The notes below the pieces were generated by a model. That model was not told the origin of the DNA and did no database searches. It worked only from the letters and a program-made list of their open reading frames with translations. 64,000 nucleotides of DNA from Callorhinchus milii (lineage: Eukaryota), in assembly GCF_018977255.1 (NCBI RefSeq), contig NW_024704743.1, positions 32,490,001-32,554,000 of the forward strand. Reading direction: 5' to 3'. The translations under genes were made by a program, and so were the position numbers. Positions 1-13,525 of the stretch are shown here, in pieces. Position 1 is the first letter of the stretch. Each line of letters begins with the position of its first letter.

Positions 1-2336
1 ACATTATTATTCAAAAGGAAAAAGAGATCTTCCCGTCAGCTAATAAACATTGGTAAAGAGCAAAGACACTGGTATTGGTGGTGATTTATTCTCTATTCAC
101 AGAATATACTGTAACAGAATAAACAAGAAGAGAAAAGGTAAGAAGAGCATGAAACAGGAGAGCGTGAAGAGCAATTAGACTTGGAGAGTTATACAGAGTC
201 TGACATACTGGATGACAAATACTGTACTGCTGCGGCCGTCATCCCCAAGATTCTTAAGCCTTTGCTGTGATCACCAGCTGTTTGTTGATATTAGTAACTT
301 TTCCACTGGCCGAGAGACTATCCTTTGGACAGTTTGTAATGTGGTACTGAACAGCTTGTAACCATCAGCAGCCCTCTCCCTAGGCTCCCCCAGCTCCAGT
401 CAGACGTCCACATACAAACCCTCTGAATATTTGTTTGCCCTTTTGACACAGTTAGGCAACTTGGACGATTGGTTCAGCAAGTATAGTCTGACTGCAAGTA
501 CTTGGCAATGTTTATAGCTGCCAGTGACTTGTATCTGAAAGAAACTCCAGTATTTCTGAAATGTCAATGTGTGATGTGTCATTTTTGGGACGAGTTGCAT
601 ACAGTTAAGTCATACTATCACAAAATACTTAAAAGAGAGAAATTCTACCTGGGTCCAGATTTACTCGGCTTATGTAGCATTTCAGAACATCCAGAATTTG
701 ACATTTTTTTAAGTAGAGCTATAATTTTGAAGCTGTGCTTCTCTAAGTTTCTTTTAAGAAACTACAGAAAATGCAAATTTCACAAATGCAAATGGAAGGA
801 AACAAAAATCAAAAAAACAATAGTTAGAGGGTGGTGGGTAGGGTGGGGGTATGAAGGAGGGAAATACATTGGGCTCAGAGAAATAAATTGGTCATACGAT
901 GCATTAGGTGAACATACATCCTGAAAACATGTCTTACGTTCATTAACTAACTTACATTTCACCAACAAAATATACCATCAATTCACTTTACAGTATATTC
1001 TGTGACGGACTTTAAGACATCTACACAATGTGATAAGGCGCTATATCAAATGCAAGGATTTTTATTATTATTACATAAAGGTAGAATATTTCTCCATAGA
1101 TTTATACACAGACACATTTGAGATTTCAATTAAGTGCAGTCGAAGAATGTTTCTGAATTAAAAAAGTCTTTCTGTAATGATCGCAATTAAAAAAAAAAAA
1201 TTATTTTCCATTTCATGCTTGTTGTCAGAAGCTTGAGTTGCACCTGTTGCAGCCAGAGGGGCTCCTACAGAGAATTTCAGACAGCCAAGTCTAAAAACAC
1301 GTGCCATAAGGCACAGGGCAGCACGATGTACAACATGCTCTTTGTCAGAAGTACAATTGAAAACTGTAATCCACACTTTGGGCAGTATGCATAAAAAGTC
1401 AAACAAAGGACTCTTTTTATAGAGTGGTTTAATCTCAACAAATGTAATTTGGCAATGAATAGAGTTGTAATGCAGTAAAGCCCATTGGTAGCATTCAAAC
1501 CTGATACAGAATAAGAGTTTATATAGTACAGCATCAAAGATGCCAAAGTGACTTACTTTTTCAACAAATGCCACTGGTGGTGGGATTGGGGGGGGGGGGG
1601 CAGGGAAAAAAACTCTTGTGATAGATCTGATTATTATTAATCACATCTGGGAATTAAGGAAGAGGGCAGAATCCCAAGCCAAATTCAAAGTGTTGTGAAA
1701 TTAAGATCCTTTTGTTTGTGCACAGGGGACAAAGTCCTTTGGAATCCATACATTTGCCGGACAGAATATTCCCGAACCCACTTGTGAAATCAATCTCTTG
1801 TTGCGCAATTTATCCACGTTCAACATGTTTCGCTGGAATCACAACTGTAAAGTGAAATAAGTTTGAAGTGGTGTTGCTCTGTGAAAAAGCTGATGAGGGG
1901 AGAGATGTATAATTGATTGAGCTCGCTGGGAATTGGAATCAAGAGGAATGGAGGGCAGAGTAATGGGGTGAGAAAAGCGTCTATCAGGCATTAAGCATCT
2001 ACTGTAGGCTCAGTCCGAGGTTTGTAGGTGGGATTTTAGGACAGATTGGGGTGGGGGGTGAGATGGAGGTGTAGAGAAAGGGAGTCTCAGAAGTTAGAGG
2101 TGGAGTTACATTTGAAGATGACCACCGAAGGCAGCACTGCTAGGACTTAGCAATTCAATCTTGAATTATCACGATCTTAAGTCTTTTAAAAATTCCACCT
2201 TGCATTTTAAATACTTGTTTGGGAGATTCATTTTCAGTTTTTTCAACATATATTAAGCTACAAGGCTTCAGATTTAATCATAACACATGTCATGCATTGG
2301 TTGAGGCAAGGATTCTAAGAAAGACAACTAACTTAC

Positions 2337-2422
2337 TTGTCCTTGTATTCCTTTAACACCCTGTTGGTGTAAAAGGTGGCAGCATCATTCATCTCCTTGA
2401 CATAAGGACCAGGCTTTGGAAC
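2337..2422 (-). CDS. CAP2: CAP2 coding exon 5 (VPKPGPYVKEMNDAATFYTNRVLKEYKD-). The gene continues left of the window.
   Basis: Near-invariant PKPGPYVKEMNDAATFYTNRVLK, where DAATF is CAP2-type (CAP1 has DAAMF). Acceptor aacttag|, donor CAA|gtaagt. 86 nt. Confidence 0.97.
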
Positions 2423-2809
2423 CTAAGTTTCCAATGAAACAGCAACCAGCAGCAGCATTGGGATGAGAGGATTGGTGGAAAGAAAAGAAATACAGAAAAG
2501 CAAGAAAGTTTAGAAGAAAATTTAGGTACACACGAAATCCCTTTGTTAAATGTTCACCCAGTTAGAAATCAACCAAAGCAGAATATCCTGGAAGCCTTGA
2601 TGTTTTCCGCCTGTTAAACCTTACAAAATCAATTCAAAAGCAAATCAGGTAACTGTTCCATCTTATCAGGGAATGATTCACAATTGATTGATAAATGACA
2701 CATTTGGTCATTTCTAAAAGTTTTTTTAAAAAAAATTAGTGTGCCCAATTTTTTCGCTAAATGTTCTCTTCCCATTGGCATGTGCCTCTTCACTCTTGGT
2801 CTGGAGGAA

Positions 2810-3082
<273 letters not shown>

Positions 3083-4575
3083 TCATGGTTGCTGGTTGCC
3101 CTCTGGTACCCCGCCCAAGTGGGCATTGATCATGTGCGAGAATTGGCAGTGAGGATCGGCAGGCTATTCGACTGCAGAGAGTTTCATAGCCGAGCCTGAC
3201 CTCTCCCCACCTGGTTGCCAAACACATGCACAGCCAATAGAGGATGCTGTAGAGGAACCAGGAGCAGGAACCCTGGGTGTTTCTCCTCCATTAATCCTGG
3301 AAAGGCCAAGGGCTATTTAGCATCCCATGCAACCCTGGCTGCGACCAAAAAACTTAACACAAACCAGAATTCCATCCAGAAGGAGAAAAAAGGCAGAATG
3401 ACCCAAAGTTACAAACATTACATTACTTTGCAAACATCAAGGCTTCTTACAAAAGCAGGAAATACGAGCATATAGAACGTCAGCATAGTGGAATGCAGTA
3501 TTAAGAAGAGGAATGTGTTATAAAAGGCAAATGCACTTTGTAAGGAATAGAACTGGCATTTGAAATAAAGTGATACTCTGAAAATACTTCAGAATCTTAT
3601 ACGTTAAAAACATAACCTGACTGAAGTAATCATGGATCTTGTTCATTTGTTTGCTATGATCAATGCAAACAAAATCTATAATTGGAAGCAATGAAATGCA
3701 CTGGAAAGACGATTGTCATATAACCCACCAACCTGCAATGGGTAGAAATTTAGTCTTTTAGTCATGTTGTTGGCCTGAGTCACCTGAAAGCTCTGTACTA
3801 ACAAATTTACTGTTGTTTTAACCAGTACCAATCAGTTTTTAAACGAGCACTATCTTTGGCACTGACTTCTGTTCTTCATCACTGAGTTCCTTCCACTGCT
3901 TATGAGAATTCAGGAATAGATACCATCCTTGACATCGATTTGCAGCAGCCATCCACACACTACTAATAGCACTCAATGGGCTGTGCTCTATCTCTAAGCC
4001 TGCTCAACCGCCCTCCCCCTCCTCCACCCTACCAATTTAGAACTCAGCAGGCCTTTTGCCTTTCAGTCCTCACTGGATTGTGACGTTGTACAAATCTGAC
4101 CTTTGTTCACACAATCTGAATGCAAGATATTAAGACTACAGACCCAGAATCACTCAAGGTATCCAACCAAACCACAGTGGTTGATGCAGACTGCAGAATA
4201 GTTATTGAAATGGCATTAGAGCAGAGATTTGTAAAGTAGAATTTAAAAGGGTAGGGAAAATGGCAAGACAGTGAGATTAAATAACTAGTTTCTTCAGAGT
4301 CTGGCACCGGCAAATGGCCACTTCCTTTCTGTGTTGTAAAACTGCAGGATTCTTTCCATTTTATATATTTTTTTTCAAAACGCCACAAATGTGGGTTCAT
4401 GTTTAAATTTATGAACAAATTTGAGACTGCTCTGTTAGAAACAAATCACACTGAAATCAGGCCTGCGACAAGCACCACCCTCCCCCGCCCGTCTGCCCAT
4501 CACATTGATCAGCATCTGCATTGACTCAATCAGCCACGCTCTGCTTTAAATGAACAGCAGACACTTTCTACCCAC

Positions 4576-4719
4576 CACTGCAACCCATCCAAGAGCAGCG
4601 ACACTCTCACTGACAGCTGACAGGTGGTTGAACAACTTGCTGCCACGGTTCTTCTCTCTGAAGTTCTGGATCTCCTGTATTTTGTCTGACAGTGGTTTAA
4701 GAAGGACCGTCATTTCAAT
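4576..4719 (-). CDS. CAP2: CAP2 coding exon 4 ([48 protein letters not shown])
   Basis: Highly conserved CAP motif [27 protein letters not shown] is CAP2-like. Acceptor tttgtttccag|, donor GTG|gtgggt. 144 nt. Confidence 0.97.
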
Positions 4720-5340
4720 CTGGAAACAAAACAGGACACAATGTCAAGAAAAACACTTCACATGGGGGGGGGGGGGGGGGGAAGAGAAAATGTGAGAGGT
4801 GGGTGGGCTTGATTTAACATGCCTTTGACCTGCTGAACTATCCATGACAGCAGTTTGCCTTTACCTAGTTGGTACAAAAATCCTTGGGAGAGCATTTGAA
4901 TCATTCCCCCCCACCCCACCCCCACATCATTTACTTGAAGGTACGTTAGCGATGACTTGCAGTCAATGATTACGGCTCATAAAGTATTCAACATAACTTT
5001 GAAAGCCACAGCTATGGTGAGGGTTCTAAAGTCTCTCCATTGTAACTAATAAAGTATTCTGTTAGATGGTTCTGCTTTTAAGGAAGTTATGATTTGTAAG
5101 TGTTAATTATTTTGACATTTTGTTATAATTACACAGGGTAGAGACATCAATAACTGAGTATTGTCAGTATATCATACACCAATTGCTAAGATTAGTGATC
5201 TTTTTCTCTGAATATTTATAACAGGATATCTCGATATAAAGACAAAAAATAAACTCTATTTGTAGTGATTAGCGTAATGTTAAAATCCAGCATCTTCCTT
5301 CTCATTTGTGAATCAAGTCTACTTGGTTCCCATTGGTAGA

Positions 5341-6235
5341 CTCCATTGGCTCCCTATCCTTCAGAGGATCCAGTTCAAAATCCTGGTCACCTACAAAGCC
5401 CTCCATGGCCTCGCCCCACCCTATCTCTGTGACCTCCTAATCCCCTACCAACCCGCCCGCTCCCTCCGCTCAGCTGGCTCTGGCCTGCTACACGTCCCCC
5501 AACCCACCCACCCCACCATTGGCAGGAGAGCCTGAACCCACTCCACCCCCAACCTCTGGAACTCCATCCCACAATCACTCCGCCTCACCCCCTCCTTAGC
5601 CTCCTTCAAGTCCTGCCTCAAAACCCTCCTCTTCAACCATGCCTTTGGTCACCCCTCTTCCCCTCCCCTCCCTTCTTCGCCCACCTGACCCCAGCTTCAG
5701 AACTCTGCAGCTCGTGTACTGTCCCGCACCAGGCTTCGGGACCACATCACTCCCACCCTCGCTCGCCTCCACTGGCTCCCCATCCCCCAGAGAATCAATT
5801 TCAAGATCCTCATCGTCACCTACAAGGCCATTCACAGCCTTGCTCCCTCCTACCTCTCCGACCTACTATCCCCCTACCTACATGCCCGTCCCCTCCGTTC
5901 CTCTGGCTCCGGTCTGCTCCACATCCCCCGCCCCAACCGCCCTACCATCGGTGGCCGGGCCTTCAGCCTCTCAGCCCCGAGGCTCTTGAACTCCATTCCC
6001 CAGTGCCTTCGCCGCCTCCTCCCTTTCCTCCTTCAAGGCCGGTCTCAAGACCTTTCTCTTTGACCGTGCCTTCAGCTCCCCTCTCGACTCTCTACTCCCT
6101 CCTCGCTCCCCCCCTTCCCTCCCTTCACCGACCATTTCCCCTCTGCTCGGGTCCTGATCCAACTGTACAGCGCCTTGGGACGTCCTCCCGACGTGAAAGG
6201 CGCTCTATAAATGGAATCTTTTTGTTGTTGTTGTC
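5341..6235 (+). mobile_element. Two tandem L2-clade LINE 3' fragments, the second ending in a (TTG)n tail
   Basis: Both encode LHWLPI.QRI.FKIL..TYKA.H.LAP.YL.DLL.PY...RSLRS, the L2 ORF2 C-terminus. The second is followed by the GGGACGTCCTCCCGACGTGAAAGGCGCT tail. Confidence 0.88.
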
Positions 6236-9200
6236 TGAAATGCTGTACACTGAACAGCACCTTGGAAAGTCCTCCCAATGTGAAAGGCGCTAGACAAATG
6301 TAATCTTGTTGTTGTTTGTGATTGCTTTTCATTCAAAGAGAATAGAATTCACCCTAGGTCGGCACAGAAGCTCCTGATATAGTTTTCTAGTGTGAAACAT
6401 ATCAAAGCGCTTCATAAGTAATAATAATAATCCTTGCATTTGATATAGTGTCTTATCATATCTTTGACATGTCTCAAAATGCTTCACAGGATATCTTGTA
6501 AAGTGGATTGACTATGTATTTTGTGGGCGAAACATAAGTAGTGGCTGTTTTGCAGCCAAAAAGGATAGCCAGCAATGCCCCCAAAATAATCGTGAGATTC
6601 ATGATCAATTTATCGGGAGGATTGTTGGCTAGGATTCTGGGAAAAACTGCCTATTTGCCAGCAAAAGTGTATGAAATTATACACAACTCTGTGATGGAGG
6701 GACGTGTGGAATGTTAATAATAAGCAGACAGAGATCTGCCATACAAAGCTTTATGAATGTGTTATTAACATCCAGTTGCTGGGTTCATAACAGCAACTTT
6801 CTCTGAAACCAGGTTTCCAACAAACCTACGGCGAGTGAGCAATTTTTCTTTTGCATAATTACCGGGCAAAACCAGGAACCTGCATTCATTAATGCATCTG
6901 AAGCCTCAATGTTCAAAGTAATGATTGCAACCGCTTGAGAAAGGTTTGTCTAAATGCCTGCACACATCCAGAAAAACATACATTATACCGTGAAGATTTC
7001 TTTGAAAAACGAGTGAAACAAGACAAGCAGAATTTTAATAACTGTTTTACTGTCTGTGGGAAAGGTCTGTTGTTTGAAATGCAGATTGCAAAATGAACTC
7101 CCCTCCCAAACAAAAATGGTCATTTGACATAATGAATTAAACTTAAAAATTAATAATCTGACCCCAAGAAACCAGTAATCACTGTGTTGCAATAGCTTGT
7201 TCGTATAGATTACTCTGTACTACTGCCTTTTACCCTTACATACAAAGCACTTAAAACATGATTCCCGTTTCAATCCAGTTTCTAGTGGACACTGCTCACT
7301 GGACAAAACTACCCTTAATTCTGCTTAAGTACAATGAACTAGATAGAATTGATGAGCTTGTTCAGAGTGGACACCTGTGGAAGGGAGAAGGAAATTCCAC
7401 ACTCATCCAGTAGGGGATGCTTCTCTAAGACTGGGGTTAAGGGTCCACTGTTGGGGCAGGGTAGAGGAAGCTGTACTCTGCACTGAACCCACGCTATATC
7501 TGATCTGGGAGTGCTTGGTACCCGAAACATGTCTCAACTTGGTGAACTTAGATGAAATTGACGGCCAACATGTGGCAGCACTGAGTAACAAGCCACAGGT
7601 TCCAATTCTCAACGTTGGCTGTGTCATTGCACGCAGGCAAGAAGAGGAGAACTGTCCAGGCTGCTCTCTTGCCTTTCATCTCTCCAAGTCCCTATCCTAC
7701 ATGAGGGGCACTACATAAATGTAAGTTGTTGTCTTTGTCAGCCTACGCCCTCCCAGGCTCGGTTAGTGTGGGACTACTGGAACCTGGTACCAGATAAACC
7801 ACTTGGCGTTCCCCTGGCAGGGCTCAGAGGGGAGATTTTTCCTTTAAAAGAGTGAAGAAAGTTAGCCACAAATTAATATTTTTTAAATATTAATAAATAT
7901 TGCATGACCTTGACCACATTTACAGGCATCAAAGCTACTGAAAGGAAGGGCAACTTATCAATCCAGAACAGTTTGTTAATAGTTTCCCCCCCATCACAGC
8001 ATCAAGCTGCTTTTCAAATGAATCCAGTGTCCTGTCCTCTACCAACTTTCCTTCCTTACTTTTTGAATCTCATTTAAAATGTTGTGCAACTCTAAGTCAT
8101 CTTCTCTCGAGACTGAACAGCCCTAGTTTGTCTTGTGGTTTATTCATGGTTATTTAGAGATGCAAAAATATTCAAACAAGCTGATTAATTTTGATGCACT
8201 TATTCTGGAATTCACTGCCAAGCTGGAATACAAATGGCAGATAACGTAGGACAAATCGATCTGGAACCAACTCCAGAAAATATTGGTGTCAGAAGCAGTA
8301 CAATTCATACCCGCTCAGTGAAGATAGCTGGGGGAAGGCACCCGGTCAAGATTGTGCACCAGCAATACTCGAATTGGTTTAAATCCAATTAAAACACTGG
8401 CACAACCACACAGCAGCTCCTACTTGTTATACTCCAGTTCCTCTTTACGGGAGGGGGGAGGGGAAAGAGGAGAGAGACTGGGATTTTTTTAAAACGTAAA
8501 ATAAAACAGTAAAATCACTAAATTAAAATTGTGTATAAACGCTGCATCTGGGAATGAGACTTTCCTTAGGGTAGTTGCGGCAGAATCCAAATTCAACCGA
8601 GGGAACTATAGTAAACTCCTGGTGACTCGACCCTGGCTTAACTTGTCACTACCACTTAAGTCATCATGCTGACAATATCCTGACCGCATTTATTTATGTA
8701 TTTATACACATACCTAATGTGCCACTCTGGAAAACTCGTCACTGAGTTCTTTTCCCTTGGAGTTATGAGTTATCAGGCATTTACTGAAGATACATATCTA
8801 AAAAAATAATTTGCAGGGGCACGGGAGAAAGGCAGCGAAATGGGACTGAATGGATAGCTCTTTCAAAGAGCCAACACAAATAAAGATGCGCCAAATAACA
8901 TTTTTCTGGGCTGTAAATTTCTATGGTTTTAATGCTACAAGCACATCACAAGTTTCACTTTGCATTGCTAATGCTATGGAAACTTGGTGTTAAAGGCAAT
9001 CAATACATGGCTCTATTTTGCCTTAATAGCGAGACAATAGTGTGTCCGGACTAGTGAGTTACCCTCATTACTGAGGTACCACAAGACGAGGTTCAACTGC
9101 AGTTGTTATAACGATTCAATTGTGGCTCTCGTTCCAGCAGTGCGGCTAGTTTACTGAAAGAAAAACCTGTGATCCTAATCCTGTGAGCAATGTTACAAGC

Positions 9201-10033
9201 GAAGCAACATTACACCAAACCTGCTGCTAGCTACTTTAAGACGACAAAAACAGTTGTCCAGAGTGATTTAAGACATCGACAGTAAATGTGGCAAGCACTC
9301 AAGGGACATTGTTGGAAAAGTGCAGTTATTTTAGTTGCAGCAAGTCATTCCTGAAAGCTCCAAATGGCATCATCAATCTCTGCCCCTCGCCAACTGCATG
9401 CCTTCACCCCGTGACTTTCCTCAACAAAAAAACAGACGCACGCAGCATCTGGGAGTTTGTTGCTGGGCAGAATATCTGGATCACAATTAAAAATCGGTTC
9501 TATCAATGTCCAGCCTCTCCCACCCAAGAACAAACTGAGTTCTTTTAACAGCAAATTATTCTGACAATTTCTTTCAGATGAAATCTGGGACTTCAGCCTG
9601 AAAGATAAACCAACGTGTTGACATTTAGGTGTGTGGGTACATCGGAAAATGTTGACAGATGTCGGAAGCCTCACTCACATAACACCCCATATTTCCTGAA
9701 TCTGTTTGGAATCAACAACCGAATTTGAATCAGAAAAGCTCTCTGCAGAACAGTGCAGATTTGATCAATCCAAAAACGGAGTTAGATTTCTAAACCTGGA
9801 AACCCAAAGTCCCAAACTTGAGAACAGATGTAAATTGATTTAAACCTCAACTCTCCAGTCATCCTGCTCAATAAACTGACCATTGTAATTATTGATATAA
9901 ATACAGATATCAACAACAGCTTGAATTTATGTAGCACCCTTCATGTTGAGCAGCTTCTCAGAGCTCTATTGGCAGAAAAAGAAAGTCTTTAGGCTGACCC
10001 AGTAAGGTTTTTAGACAAAGCACTGCAGTAATA

Positions 10034-10364
10034 CTAATAATAATAATAATAATAATAATCCTTGCATTTGATATAGCGCTTTTCACGTCGGGAGGACGTC
10101 CCAAAGCGCTTCACAGAACACACTGTAAAGGGAATTGACTGTATATTTGTGGGCGAACGCGGCAGCCAATTGCGCACAGCAATGTCCCACAAACAGTCGT
10201 AGATTGAAAATGACCAATTTATTATTGTTTTTGGTTTTGGAGGGATTATTGGAGGCTCTGTGTGGAGTAAGGAAACTTGCCCAAGGTTTCGCCCTGACCT
10301 GTCTGGAATTGAACTCAGGTCTCTCGCTTGCAAAGCGAGTGCTCTAACCACTGAGCTCCAGGAC
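10034..10364 (-). mobile_element. Near full-length tRNA-derived Deu-type SINE with a (TAA)n tail
   Basis: Head GCTCAGTGGTTAGAGCACTCGCTTTGCAAGCGAGAGACCTGAGTTCAATTCC with A and B boxes. Central TGTGGGACATTGCTGTGCGCAATTGGCTGCCGCG resembles the Deu domain. The 3' end is shared with the local L2 tail. Confidence 0.88.
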
Positions 10365-12189
10365 TCAAGTAGTTAGAGCACTCTTTTTTGCACAAAAAAG
10401 TCACAATGATTGTTTGGTTGTATGTGTAATCGTGGCAAAGATAAACTGGGGGAGACAACTCGATGATTTATTCTGCTCCATTCATTAAACGTAGTGAATC
10501 CGTTCACGTTGTCTGGGCCTCAGTCAAATTTTGGACAGTGACCTTTCAAGTCCATCTTATGACACATTAGTTAATCCCCTCGGGTCATTGGCAAAAAGGG
10601 GAAATAACCTCACTGGAAGAATAAAGCGAATGTCATAACCCTGGGCCAATTTGCAACCAGTGATTGTTATGTGCTCAGGAGCCATTCCCCCAGGGACCAC
10701 AGTTGTTAAATTGAGACAGTAAATGAGTGAATTTTCAATGATGTGATAATTAGCACGAGTGTTAATTAGTTGATCAAAGGTCGCAATTCTGCAGTTCTCC
10801 CACAAAATACACCGTTGAACCACTTTCAATGTGGCTGTTTGCGGGACGTTGCTGTATGCAAATTGGCTTCCGCTTTTGCAAGGATTATTATTTGCAAGAA
10901 TCAGGGAGGGAGGGTGTGGAGAAGAGAGCTGGAACCACCCTTTTACACTGTGTGTACCCATTCCTCCCTCTGGGATTTGGCATCAGCCTTGAATCTACTG
11001 TATCTACATTCTATACCAGTATTTAAATATTACCTAGGTTAGGGCCTGCTGAATTTGTCACAAAAATAAACACACTTCAGCCTCAAACCAAGAGATCAGG
11101 GGAGCGAATGAATAAACCCAACTCGATAGTAAGCAAGTAGTTCATTTTATCCAGAAGCCCAAAATATGAAGCATTTTCACATAAAGGTGGCTTTCTGAGG
11201 CTAGTCTTACAAATTGTAGAATAAAATTTGCTTATCGCTAGTTGCTTTTTTTTAAATTGTAAAAATCTGAAGCAACTGCTGTGGGTCACAGGCAGGCAGG
11301 CAGACCCCTGTATGACAGACTTTACGCCAGCCAGTCTGTTTATCCCTGTCCCAGCTGTAGCTTTGTGCACTGGCAGGAATGCCAAATTACGTCTCAGTCA
11401 TGTGATTCTTCACTCTCCAACTCTCCAGTGTGTATATATAGATCATCACCGTAAAAGGCACAGGCGACTTTGCTTGTGGAATGCTGTATTTTACTGGGGT
11501 TGTTGGAGGCCTGCTCAGCCAGTACAGAGAATAGCTGTTTCTGCCGTTTCCATCATCACTAACACGCGCACGTGCTGAGCTGCGCTGCACTGTATCACAT
11601 TCCCCATCTAGTCTTATAGCACCAGCAATAGCTTAAAAGACAAACACACACACACACACAAATGTAATCAATGCCAACTCTTATCCAAGAAACCTTATGC
11701 CATTTGAACTTTAAAAGGCACCTTTCAATCATGAGTTTTTTTTAAAAAAATGATGCCTCTCTCCTAGGAGCACTGGTTCACTGTGTTTAGTGCTCCGAGA
11801 CCCTAGCTTGCATAAAGGCCCTATATGTAAGTTGGCGCTGTTTAAAATAGGCTGTGTTGGTTTAAAAAAAAAGAAAAAACAACATCACTAGACTTGACAA
11901 AGATAATCTATAGCACCCGTTATAATTTAACAAAAGCAAATAGAATATACCAGTAAGAATAAAGAGTATATCCTAGGAAAATGTATGTGTGTGGGACAGA
12001 GAAGATTCCAATCTGACAGGAAGAGTAGGAGAAGATGTATTGCTGGCTCAGTTGGTGGCACTCTTGCTTCTGAGTCAGAAAGTTGTGGATTAAAGCTCCA
12101 TATCAGGACTTTGAGCCCACAGTCTAAGTTGACACTCCAACAATAATATATATAAGAGAGAGTAGTAGTTTTTTTTTAGACTGAAGGGA

Positions 12190-13525
12190 AATATACAGTG
12201 GTCTCCTCCAGGGGTCAGTATTACATCCATTGCTCTTTTTGATATACATGAATGACTTGGACTTGTGCATAGAGAGCAAAAATTTTAAGTTTGCAGATGA
12301 CACAAAACTTGGGAATGGAATAAACAGTAAGGAGGATGGTAGCAGACTGAAGGATGACTTAGACAGACTGGTGAAATTGGCAGATACACGGCAGATGAAG
12401 TTAAATGCAGAGAAATGTGAAGTGATGCATTTTTGGAGGAGAGGCAATATACACTAAATGGTAGTTTTAAAGGGGGTTCAGGAGCAGAGATGTATGGGTT
12501 CACATACACAGGTCTTTGAAGGTGGCAAACAGGTTGATAAAGCTGTTAAAAAAAGCATATGGAATCCTTGCCTTTATAAATAGAGACATAGGCTATAAAA
12601 GCAAGGAAGTTCTGCTAAACCTTTATAAGTCACTGGTTAGCGGGCTTCAGTCAGAGCGCTCCAGCCTGCTCTATGTCTCACGCCCGACCCGCCCTACCAT
12701 CAGTGTCCGGGCTTTCAGCCTCTCTGCCCCCACACTCTGGAACTCCATCCCACGGTCCCTTCCCCTCGCTTCCTCCCTTGCCTCCTTCAAGGCCGGTCTC
12801 AAGACCCTTCTCTTAGATTGTGCCTTTGGTCTCCCTCCCACCTCTCTGCCTTCCCTCACCCCTACACCACCCCTCCCCCATGCTCGGACCCCGACACCTG
12901 ACTGTACAGCGCTTTGGGACGTCCTCCCGACGTGAAAGGCGCTCTATAAATGTAATTTTGTTGTTGTTGTTAGTTAGACCTCAGCTGGAGTATCAGGTCC
13001 AATTCTAGGCACCGCACTTTAGGAAGGATATCAAGGCCTTGGAGAGGGTGCAGAGGAGATTTAACAGAATAGTACCAAGAATGAGAGACTTTAGTTATAT
13101 GGAGGGACTAGAAAAGCTGGGACTGTTCTCCTTAGAGCAGAAAAGGTTAAGGGGAGATTTAATAGAGGTGTTCAAAATTTTGAGGAGTTTTGATAAGAGT
13201 AGACAGGGAGAAACCGTTTCCACTGGTAGGAGGGTCGGTAACCAGGGGACATAGATTTAAGATAATCGTCAAAAGTACCAGAGGGGAGATGAGGAGACAT
13301 TTTTTTTACACAAGTTGTTATGATATGGAATACATTGCCTGAAAGGCTGGTGAAGGTAGATTCAATAACAATTTTCATAACGGAATTAGAAAGGTACTGG
13401 AAAAGGAAAAAAACGCAAGAATATGGGGAAAGAGTAGGGGAGTGGGACTGATTCTAAAGAGCCGGCACAGGCACAATGGGCCGAATGGCCTCCTTCTGTG
13501 CTGTAATATTCTATGATTCAATTCT
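12190..13525 (+). mobile_element. CR1-clade LINE 3' part with a nested L2 tail (about 12641-12972)
   Basis: LFLIYMNDLD, KFADDTKLG, FNAEKCEVMHF-like, LERVQRRF and LGLFSLEQKRLRGDLIEVFKI motifs, plus a GGGCCGAATGGCCTCCTTCTGTGCTG 3' UTR. The insert is flanked by a short GTTAG duplication. Confidence 0.9.

Noticed and set aside
400..600. Possible next CAP2 exon after an acceptor-like tttctttcag near 535
   Set aside because: The translation does not resemble the expected HVDWVK..L.IW.ELQAYIKE.HTTGL motif and reaches a stop. The true exon is probably outside the window.
10290..10364. tRNA-like sequence with an Ala-type anticodon arm (also 56107-56180)
   Set aside because: It runs straight into the SINE body and tail and lacks a proper acceptor stem, so it is a SINE head and not a tRNA gene.
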